From Schmidtea polychroa (taxonomy: Eukaryota): a stretch of DNA of 64,000 nt. How positions within the stretch are numbered: the stretch's first letter is position 1; each line of letters opens with the position of its first letter. The stretch lies in assembly GCA_044892525.1 (NCBI GenBank), contig CM097887.1, forward strand, positions 71,176,001-71,240,000. Direction: 5' to 3'. Below the pieces are notes generated by a model. That model did no database searches. It was not told the origin of the DNA and saw only the letters and a program-made list of their open reading frames with translations. Below are positions 23,801 to 35,800 of the stretch, one piece after another. The translations under genes were made by a program, and so were the position numbers.

Positions 23801-26800
23801 CACATCTTTGAGATGATAGATATCTGTTTCTCCTTTTTTACTTTCCTATATCATCTGGTTTTAAAGCTATTTTTCTAATTATTTTAAGAAATATTACGAT
23901 CATTAGGAGGGTAACATGTGGAGCCGGGAACAAAGACATATGACTCATCACCCCCATCATCTATCTGGTGGAGTGTTTTTTAAGTCTTTACAAATTTTTA
24001 ATGACTCATCAGTATGACTCGTCGCATGACTTATCATATTTTTTAACTTGAATTTTCAAAGGATATATAAGGTCAAAGCACCAACCAAGGGTATAATTCG
24101 AAAGGTCTTTTAGAGATCTATGAAATTATTATTATTACTATTACTATTGTATATATATATATATATATATATATGTTTATCCGACAAAATATTTTGTTCC
24201 CCTATGGGTGCTGCTTGCAAGGGTACTGCTCACATTCAACATATTCAAATACAATTTCGTCATCAGCTAAATAGTGATGCCGAAAATAGGCATCATCATT
24301 GGTCAGTTTTAACGACTATTATAATGAATTTATATAAACTTTGTTAGTTTTCATTGATTTCGCAATTTTTGCACAATCACTATTTGTGGCCCTGAAGAGG
24401 GCCGATTGTTTGTTCTTATTTTTTTAAATTTTTATTTGATGATTTTTTATTTTCGATTTTCGTCATCATCATCTAAAATAATATGTACAAAATAATCATC
24501 TACTGGATCATGGAAATCATATGGATCATCATCTTCTGCCGGACTGTACAAGACATCTTTTGTCGGATTGTTCAACACATCTTCTGTTTGAATATTGTCT
24601 ATAAATATATCAATGTCACCCCCTCTATAATGGCCATATGCCAAACTTTGATTTTTATCCACCCAATTTCGTTTATCATCTTTACAAGTCAACGCCCTTT
24701 TATTAGGTCTTAAGAACACCCACTCTTTATACAGTATACTGAGTAGCCCTTTATTCCCGTCTTTGAATTTACCAATGAGAGAATCAAGGTTCCTACTACA
24801 TAAAGGATGATTTGGGTTATAATTAGAAGTGTCTAGAAGGTTATCCCTAATCATCGCATGTAAAGAATGTCGAGAGAAAGATTTTTAATTTCTAAGAAGA
24901 AGGAATCAGTGTCCTCAGCAACGATATTAATTTTGCAGTTGAATTCGTCGCGATATTTTTGCAACTCTTCATACTGCACCTGGTACATGCGAGGTTTGGA
25001 TATATCTAGTACAGTTTGACCAATGTAACTAGTTCTATCCAAACACATTGAATCCTTCCTCAATAAATCAGAAAACAGGTCATCATCGATTTTCGTGGTT
25101 ATTTCGAAAAGTCGGTTTCGAACAAAATGTTAATAATTTTCTGGTCGTAAATTTCTGTGGACGTAAATTAATACGTTTTTTAAGATTTTCAACAATTTTG
25201 CCGTAAAGACTGTTGTTTAATAGTTTATAAAAAATTTTATCTAGTTTATTTGTCGACGATGCTCGTAACGCCGTATTTGTGTTTATATAATTTTTGAAAA
25301 TTGTATCTTGTTTAAATTTAATTGCTCTGTTTTTTTGTTATTTTAACACCTATTTTAATAAACAGTTGCAGAAGCCTCCAGTGAAGAACGTAGTTCCTCT
25401 TGGGGCTGTGTGTAAGCAACAGCTTCTCAACTTTCGATCCCGATACACACATCTTTTCAGCTGCAACGGGAAGATCGTCCAGTTTGTCGTGAATTGACGT
25501 TGGTATTTCTAAATCCACTTCTATGGTATAACCATAATCAAGCAGATCTAAATCTACCGTTGTGCACTCAACAATTATATTATTTAATAAATTGTCATCT
25601 GTAACCCATTCAAAGTTACTGCATGGTAATGGTTGACTTAAAGCCCAACCGTATAAATTATTTATATCTATGTAAAGTAATGCGGTATCCGGGTCTGTTT
25701 TTACATAGTGCTTATTTACAAAAGTTAGTCCGCACGGATACCGCCCTCGAAAAGGTTATACATCTCCATGTCAGTGAGGAGCTCAATTGGAGATTTTAAA
25801 GTTAATAATGCGGAATTCCAAGACACCTGGAATTCCTAAGAAATTTAATGGCTCTAGTCGGTTATGACCAATGGACGTAGTTCTAAATTGCTGGAAAAAA
25901 TCAGCTAAAAGGAAAACATCTAGTTTTAAATAAACCACCATGTAATCAAAAAGCAAATACATGAGGTTTCACGACAATTTCTCTGAGCTGTCTCATATTC
26001 AGCTGGCGTCACATCTTTCCAAATAGGAGGTAACTGATGAATGTTATGCAAAACCTCTAAAGAAGTTGCTGTATCATAAGGAAAAATCCCTTTTATTGTA
26101 CCCTGAAATTCTGATTCAGTCAAGGGTAAAGCTGATAAAATTCTGACAGCATTATGTGCAAAAAAATTAAATTTGAATTAGTAGTTTAATTTTTGTTTAC
26201 GTATGGTTGAAATAAAAAAGAGTCCAAAAGACTTTTCTGTCCGGTTAAAGGTTAAAGACTCGCTGACAAATTGATAAGAGTCTATAAATTTTATCGACTA
26301 AGGAGTCAATCCTAGCAAAAAGACTTAGGAATTTCTAGCTGGATAAAGGAACTCAACTAATATTCTATGAATGATATTTTTAAAGTCCAAATTTCAAGAT
26401 GTGATGCAGATCATAACTCTTTAAATTATGAAATATGACAGGAAGGGTATATCTAATTTGTCTTGACAGATTGCAAGTCGTACAAGCTGCACTAAGAAAT
26501 AGACCGGTAAAATGGGCATGGTCCCTAATTGGACTAACTAAAGGCATATTGCACAAATAGCATGATGTGTTGTTTCAAAAGCTAATTGCTGTTCATCAGT
26601 AATTATTATTTTCTTCTGATAATTTTTATAAAAATACGGTGTTATTATATATTTACTTCAGTAAGAAATTGATCGACGCAATCTAAACCGGCGAAAGATT
26701 TATAAATTTTTACGCCGGTAAAATTATTAATAAAAAGCATACCAGCAGAAATAGGCAGGCGACGTTGAAAGTACCGAGTGTCCTTAGGTAAGATAGCCTT

Positions 26801-29800
26801 AAGTAACAAAAGGCGGAGTGACGGTTTTACTCAAATCAGTAACTTCTAAATATTTATTGTTAGGATATGTGTACAAGGTAGTACCAAGCTGGTTTTTATC
26901 ACAAAGACCCCTATGCTTATTAAAAGTGTCATCATTCCTAAAACCGTTTAAACGCCTAGGACACCACTGGGATACAAATCCTAATAGGAGTGATTGAACT
27001 ATTCCTACAATTAAGGNNNNNNNNNNNNNNNNNNNNNNNNNNNNNNNNNNNNNNNNNNNNNNNNNNNNNNNNNNNNNNNNNNNNNNNNNNNNNNNNNNNN
27101 NNNNNNNNNNNNNNNNNNNNNNNNNNNNNNNNNNNNNNNNNNNNNNNNNNNNNNNNNNNNNNGCTAATCCCTGACTACAAATCACAAGAATGGACAAAAG
27201 ACGAAAAAGGTGAATATTGTGGAATTTTTAAATTTCGCTTTTGGAAATATGGTCAATGGACGGAAGTTGTGATAGATGACCAGCTGCCAACATTAGAGAA
27301 CGATCTAATTTATTGTCATTCAAACTATCGGAATGAGTTCTGGAGTGCGTTATTAGAAAAANNNNNNNNNNNNNNNNNNNNNNNNNNNNNNNNNNNNNNN
27401 NNNNNNNNNNNNNNNNNNNNNNNNNNNNNNNNNNNNNNNNNNNNNNNNNNNNNNNNNNNNNNNNNNNNNNNNNNNNNNNNNNNNNNNNNNNNNNNTGTTT
27501 TAATTTTTTGATTTCATATAATTTTTCAAATGCTTTTTATTAAGATCTTTTAAATAGATTTGCTGTTCACAGTTGACAAGTGACGCGAACAGCAGACGCA
27601 TCTCTGTGAGTTTTAATTAAGGTATAGTAATTGGAAATACAGATGACTGTTAGAATATATTTTTAAAACTTGATTGTGAAAATTGCAAATGAATTTATTT
27701 CATGTACATGTTTATGTATGAATTAGAATAGTTGAAAAATAAATAAATATTTGCGTAAAAATTAATGAATTTTAAAGAAATCGTGCCAGTAGCTAGCTGC
27801 TCCGTGATTGGTTCTCAATTTTATTTTAACTTGTTTTAACAAAGTATATTATATATTATATTTAAATTTGACTGAAGTTTAATTTCATTTTTTTTATAAT
27901 TTCTGGTGTTCATGATAAAGACCATCGAAAATCTGTGTTAAATATTAATTTAAATAATCCGGATGGTAGATCAAATAAATTATTTTCCTATAAAAAACTC
28001 TTTCACTTTGAATTTTCCTCTCTAAAATCTACAAGAAAGTTAAAATTAACGAAAAAGGTCTTCATCAACAGAAAGGTTGTGAAGTACTAATTTATATATC
28101 TTTGTTTATATTCCAATCACAAAGAAAGATAATAAAGAGAGACATCCAAACTATATGAAGTTTAATACTTACCTTCTTTCATTAAGTTCTGAAATATGAA
28201 AATGAAAATAATCATCTATTTTACAGAAAATATCTAAATTTTTATTAGAATTTTAGGAAGTTATGAAGCCTTAGAAGGCGGTGAATTAATTGAATCACTA
28301 GTCGATTTCACTGGAGGTCTTGCAGAACCAATTGTCATTACTGATGATCACTTGAAACCTGAAAAATCCAATAAATTATTTCAATATCTATTAAAAGAAC
28401 ATGGAAATAAATCTTTGATAGCTGCCGCTATTCCTGTAAGTTTACCTGATTTAAAATTATTTACTATTTTATTTAATTATTAAATATTTACCTATTTTCT
28501 TGTGTAAAATTATTTAAGGAAATTTTCAATTCCCGGTGATGCGAAGTATATTAAATTAAATATTAATTAATTTTATATTAAATTATTATGTAAATATTTA
28601 TTGTCAATATTTATTGTTTAGATTATTCATCACAACCAATTTGTTTAAATAATAAAACAAACAGTTTTGAATTACAATTTGAATAAATAAATATTAATTA
28701 TCTTATATATTTTTCTGATAATTAACAGCCAGATTTTCGAATCGCATTTGATTAGTTTGATTTGATTAGTCATGAAGGCATATTTATTTAGGATCAATAA
28801 AATAATACCCATTTAAAAATCTTTTCACTTTAAGATTCAAATGATTAAAATATACATTGAATAGCTCAGGGTTTTTCAAAGTGTGCTCCGAGGATCCCAT
28901 AATCAAATTTGAAATAAAAATTGTCTTCGTTTGCTGCAACAAAAACAAATACCGCAACAGACTTGATGCAGAAGCTGACATGAGGATTCGACTTTCAGCT
29001 ATAAAGTCAGACATAAAAAATTATTTAAAAATAGTAAACAAGTCCACTCATCCCACTAAAAATGATTGGCACATACACACAATTAATCATTAGTGAACCA
29101 CTGGGGTTCAGTAAAAAGATTTATGGCTTTGGAGGGCTCTGCAGGTCAAAAGGTTTGAGAACCACTGGAATAGCTTATTGATATAGTCTTAAGCTACTTG
29201 TAAATTTGTAGATTTAGTTAATTAAGTTGTAGATTTGAAATTAATTAATATTTCTGAAGTTACTATCAGCATCAACATCTTTCAATTTAGTTTGGATAAA
29301 TGCTTAGTATTTTGTTAGAATTTCATTTATCTTTTGGATAATGACTATTGATATATCTTTTCCATAATTTTCGACAAGATATTTAAAGTTCGTGGAATAT
29401 AGAACTGTATAGAGATATCTTTTGATATTTAGCATTTACAAAAAATACCAGTGATGAAATCCTTTGCTCATGTTCTCATTTAAATTAGGATAAATCAGAA
29501 TAAATCATTCTGATAGAAATTTAAGAAGTCAAAAAGAACGAACATATTTGATTCTTTAACATTATTAATTCTAAATATTTACTCTTTTCAATCTCTTGAA
29601 TTCTTTATTTAGTTCATTAAGTGCATTAATGCATAAATTAGAAGAAAAATCGAAGTTCTTCATTATCTTATGCTTTTTGATTATCTATTGACATCGAAAA
29701 TAGGCCATTTAATGGGAATATGTTAAGAGTGTCGTTAGTTATATTCCGACAGGACTAAGCGACAATTTTGTTTATTTTTGTCCTGGCACATTAATTCTTA

Positions 29801-32800
29801 TGACTACTGACGGCAAAATTACATTAACAGAAATAATGTGTAAATATGGAAAGTTTGATTGGAATACCAAAAGATAGATCTTAGTTCTAAATAGGGCTTG
29901 CAATACCGGGATCCCGGTATTACCGACATTTTTAATACCGTTCAATACCGGTATTAATGACCACTTAATACCGGTATCCGGTATTAAATTTTTTTGCTGT
30001 AAGTTAACATTCATATCATTTTTATTTAACTATTTTATTTTTTATAAGTAATTAGCATATGTTTAGGTGTTGTCATGTTTAAAGATTAAATCTAATTTTG
30101 AAATTTACGTACAGGTGGCCCTACTGAAGTAATTTGTTTTTTTTACATTAAGAAAGAGCCTTTTTGTACGTTAATTTTTCTAATACTAAAAAAATACTAA
30201 AAAAGACACAAATTCACATAGCAAGCCGTTTCTATGGGAAATTATTGTTTTCTATTTTTCCAAATTTTCAATATTGAAGCTATGTTTTTTATTTTATAAA
30301 GAATAGTTAGTTCAGTTGTAAAGTTTTTGAAAATTTAGAGAATTGTGTTTGTGTATAATATAAAAGTTAAAAATATTTAAAATCATAATTATAATTAATA
30401 ATCATTAATTCAATTGATAAATAGCAGATAGGTAAAGGTAAGTTAAAAGTGTGAAAATTAATTATTGTATAAGTAAAATTTTTATTTTCTATATATTTAT
30501 ATAGATAGCGGCGCTATCATAGCGCACTGCTGCGGGTTTTTTAAAAATTAAAAATAATAAATAATAATAAAGAATAGCAAGATTTCTGCCGTTTTAATAA
30601 GTGGGTACAAATATTCAAAAAATTCTGTAATTTACTTAAAATTAAAACGCTGTTTTTTTAGCCATGGAAAACTATGTTTTTGAGGAAAAATCAGCTGATG
30701 AAAATTCCGTATGGTTCTATTTTCTTCGTGAGAAAAAGGGACAAATTTCAAAGTGTAAGAAGTGTAACAAAGTAATAAAGACGCAAGGAGGTAGTACAAG
30801 TGGTTTGCATACCCACCTAAAGACACTCCACCAAATTAATTTAAAAAAAAAGGAATGCTCCGAGCTCCAACCTTCTGATTGAAATTGAGCCAGAACCATC
30901 AACTTCTAAAGTGAACAAAGTTTCTAGCGGGAAAATAACAACATTTTTCGTTTCGGAAACGGACAATTCTTTGTCTGCAGTTTTAGCTCGTATGACGGCA
31001 TGTGACGGTTTGTCGTTTAACATATTTTGCACTTCCGTGGATATCAGAAAAGGTTTAACTGCCAGAGGGTATGAAAATATACCAAAATCTATAAACTCTA
31101 TAAAAAATTTAGTTGTGCAGTACAGTGAAAAAATTCGTGCAAATATGATTAAAGAGTTAGAATCTCAAATTCTTTCGGGACAACGATTTAGTCTTACATT
31201 TGATGAATGGACATCGGTAAAAAACCGACGTTATTTAAATATAAATGTTCATGCTGGCATCAAGAAATTCTGGAACCTAGGATTAGTTCGCGTGCAAGGA
31301 TCATTGCCTGCAGAAAAGTGTGTTGCCCTCGTTGAAGAAAGGCTTAAATTATTCCAAGTTTCTTTAAATAAACACATTGTGTGCATTACAACCGATGGTG
31401 CATCTGTCATGACCAAAGTTGGAAAGTTGATTTGTGCAAGGAAACAACTTTGCTTAGTTCACGGAATTCAATTGGCTGTCATTAAGGTTTGATATATATA
31501 AATATGATACACCAAAATTTAGAAAATGAACATTCTAATTGTAACGAAGATGATAACCAGTATACAAGTGATGAAAATGATAGTGATCTTGATGATAATA
31601 GTTTATCCATACTTCAAGAAAACAATGCAATTGACTGTTTAATTATTCATGAACAGATAGGTCCATTGATTAAAAAAATAAGAAAGGTTGTGAAGCTATT
31701 CAGACGTTCGCCAATGAAAAACGATAAAGCTTTACAGAAACATGTTAAAGAACAATTTGGAAAGGAACTGAATTTAATACTAGATTCCAAAACACGTTGG
31801 AATAGCTTACTTGCCATGCTAGAACGCTTTGTCCAGTTAAAGAACTGCATACAAAAGGCTTTGATTGATTTAAATTTAAATGCCGAAATATCATTTTCGG
31901 AAATTGATTTTTCTTTAGTTATTTCAGTTCTTCTTCCAATCAAATTAACTGTTGAAGCTTGTTGTCGTCAAGATGCTACTCTTCTTAGCGCAGATGCAGC
32001 TTTACTATTTATGTTTAATCAATTGACAGAACAGAATGCTGCTTTAAGTAATGAATTCAAAGAAGAGCTAATTATTCGTATAAAACAAAGGCGTACTGAT
32101 TTATCGAGTCTACTACAATACCTGCACAATCCTACTGAATCAGCAGATGACGACCAAAATGAAATTTTTAATCGAATTAACAACGCAACAATTATAAAAA
32201 TAATTATAAATTTATTGGAACGCTTATATACTATCGATGTCATCGATATTGAAAACATAGGAGCCTCTTCCATCAACGTTTCTGAGTTATATGCTGATTC
32301 TGAGCCAGAAATTCTAAGTTCGATGACAATGAAAGAAAAACTAGAAATGGCAATTTCCAAGAAAGTTAATGTGATGAATACTGCGAGTGGAATTTCAAAA
32401 ACGATGAATTCTAAAGTACTTTATAAAGTTATAAAACAGGAACTAGCATACTTCGAAGTAGAACATATTAGAGGAAAATATCTTCAACTAGTATATGACT
32501 GCCTTATGTCCATACCCCCAACTAGCGTCGAGTCCGAAAGAGCCTTTTCAGCAGCAGGGTTGTTGTGCACAAAAATTCGATCCAGCTTAAGCGACAAAAC
32601 TCTTGATAGTTTAACATTTTTGAGGGCATATTTTAAAAGCAAATCACAAGAGTAGGACATAGGACTTATTATTCTTATATATTATTAATTATATTATTAC
32701 TCTTTTTTATTTTATATTTTTTTTGTCTTTTGTGGCACTTTAAAAAAAATGTTTATTGTGTCGAATTATTCGTTATTGAATTTAATATTTTATTTTCTTT

Positions 32801-35800
32801 ATAAATATTTTTTTTTCTATTTTTTGCGGTGTAGTTTTGCTTTTTTTTGTTTTTTCTTAAATACCGGTATTAATACCGGGATCCCGGTATTAATATAATG
32901 AAATACCGAAATACCGGTTTTGAAAATTTGATCCGGTATTACAAGAACTTCTAAACCATAAATAAAATCAATTAGGCCAAAGTATGTTTTATTATACTTA
33001 TTTCAATAATACTACTTCTCACGCACACTATGCCACTTTGTATATTGTTTTGTGTGTACGTTTTTTTGTGTGTATCTAATTTGAATAATTTTATAATTTT
33101 TGTAATTATTTTTGTTTATTAATTATTACCCTTGTTCAATTATAAATATCGTTTGAAAAAATAGGTGGTTCCCTCTGCCCTAGGGATATTTTAGAAAGTG
33201 CTCTAGGGTACAAAAAGGTTGGGAACCCCTGATTTAACCTTTATCTATTAAGGCATGCCTGCTATGTAATTTTTATGACATACAGGGAGTATGTGGTTTT
33301 GGTTTCTCTTGAAAACTCAATTGTATACTATTGAAGTGTACTTATTAAATATTTCTCATTGCTACCTATTGAAACAATAGGATAAATGTGTATCAAATGA
33401 TCACGGCTAACTAATGATCTAACAAATTATTGTATCAATATCTATAATTTCTTAGATATATATAATAGTAGTGAGTGGTAATAAGTAGAACACATCTACG
33501 AAGGTCTCTGTTAGAAGTCCTTAGCTTGTATAAATTGTACTTTTATCAACTCTGGAAAAATTCGTGCACTCTATTTTTTTATATTTATTATTAAAATAAA
33601 TGTTTAGGAAAATTATCAATCTGATTTATATTTTATTTTATTAATAAAAGATTAGGTTTTAACACCTAGAAAATAATATTTCTTGGTTCCCTTCTTTGTT
33701 ATTTTGACAAAGTGAGCAATAATTTAAAAATAAATTTAGGCCATGACACCAGAAGAACAAGAAGAAGAAACCAGCATGGGTCTCATAATTGGTCATGCTT
33801 ATGCAATTACAATGGTGATAGATTTACCTGTAGACACTTCTAAAAGTGATTTGAAATTAGTTCAATCTAAAGTAAATAATGGTCACATTCGAATGATGAG
33901 ACTTAGAAACCCTTGGGGTCAAGGTGAATGGAAAGGTTCATTTTGTGACGGTTCACCAGTAAGTACTTATTCTTAAATTTTGAAAGTTTGTTGAACAAGT
34001 CAAGGAATGGGAAATCGTTTCAAAAAGTTCCCGACATAGAGTTGGTTTAACATTTCAAGATGATGGGGAATTTTGGATGACCTTTATCGATTTTGTAAAC
34101 AATTTCAAATCTGTGGTAATTTGTCATCAAATCAACAGCATTTTCAACAAAGTCTATTATGAAAGCGTATTTCATAGTGAATGGTCAAAAGGATTTTCGG
34201 GGGGATGTTTGAATTTTAAAAATACATTTCTAGATAATCCACAAGTAACATTTTCTTTTATTAATGATTATTAAATTAATTTAAAAATTTTTTACATTAA
34301 TTTTATGTTAATTCTATTAAATTAAATTGGCTTGGTAAAAATAAAATACCTGCAGCATTCAATTAACGTGCACTCCATTTTTTGTTTTTAAAAATTCCTT
34401 TATTCTAACAATGGTTAAGTAATTTGGAATATAATTTGTAAATATTTAATTTTTTTCAATTAATAATAATTTTGTAATTTGTTTAGTGAATAATAGTTTT
34501 TTTCTATCCTACCTGATGATCATTGGAAAACTGTCGAAATATATCATAAAATATATATTTGAGTGGCGTTTTCGAGTAATATTATTATTATTTTAAGATT
34601 AGCATTCACTTTTACCTAATTAAGAATTACTAAATACGTTTAAAATTTAAACTTCAAATAAAAAAAGGGTTTTTTTAATTTAATAATAAATTATAAATTT
34701 AAAATTGTATGTGAAAAATAAAAATAATTAATTGTATTAAATTTTATTAAAATATATAAATTTCACTGATATTTTTCAAAATTATATTTTTAGTAAATAC
34801 AGTATTTTCGTAAAAATAAGAAAACATTTAGATATTAGTCAAAACTTTTAATACCAATAATTTTATTAATTTATTGTATCCATATAACGCATAAAAGACG
34901 ATGCCTTTTATATCTTTTAACTCAGTTTCTTTAATTACTAAATTTTATACGATTAATTTACTGCATTTTAAATTTGTCTCTTCAAACTATAGATCAGTAT
35001 TTTATATTTAATTCAAAATGATGATAAAGGAAATACTGAAAATTTACGTTAGATATCAAAATATTTATTCATGGTCGAAAAAGACATGAAGGTAAAGATA
35101 ATATTGAAATATTCCTTCTTTCTTAAATTTGTCAAAAATGCAATAATGACAACTATGACAACTCTTTTCTTTATAATAATTTGTAATTAAAAATGAAGAA
35201 TCAAGAAAACATTACCAAAGTTTAATGAATAAATTTTCGAAACACCACGTTAGACTTCAGATATTGATGATTATATATAATTTTATAATAATAATATTTT
35301 TTATTTAAAACTTATAGACTATTTACAAATTCTTTAATTTTGAGTTTTACAATATATTTAATTTCGAATTTAAATTTGTAAAAAGTTTTATTTTGATTTA
35401 TTTTAACCAATGACAAGAGAAAATAAATGAAAAAATAAATGAAAATAAAAAAGATCAAGTCATTTGAAAATTGAAACAACTAAGTTCCAAAAAATTGATT
35501 TTTTTTAATAATCAAAAATTATTTCATTTTATTCAATATATAATTTGCAGCAAAAGTCTTCTCATTTGCTTGTTTAATATTAATAATAATAATTTATAGA
35601 AATAATAATTAGTTATCTTAATTTAAAAAACACATTTCTTCAAAGAGTATTGAATTTGAAAAATGGTAACGATTCTAGTAATATTTTCAGTTGTTGTGTT
35701 AAGATATTGATAGTCTAATACAGAAATATTAACACAACGCATTGTCTTGTTGAACCCTATTATTAACTTTTGACATTACAGTGCTATTTTTACTACAAAA

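Noticed and set aside
24387-24404. GGCCCTGAAGAGGGCC as a hammerhead core
   Set aside because: No GAAA follows; it is just a 5-bp GC hairpin downstream of the pPolB stop.
31647-32360. Minus-strand ORFs over the hAT transposases (also 40700-41083, 41096-41506, 16235-16546, 57764-57967)
   Set aside because: Antisense shadows of TE coding frames with no independent homology.
33951-33999. Alternative in-frame intron 4 (GT at 33951 to AG at 33999) giving DVKEW
   Set aside because: Weak donor GTTCAC; the GTAAGT donor yields the canonical calpain DGSPEW.
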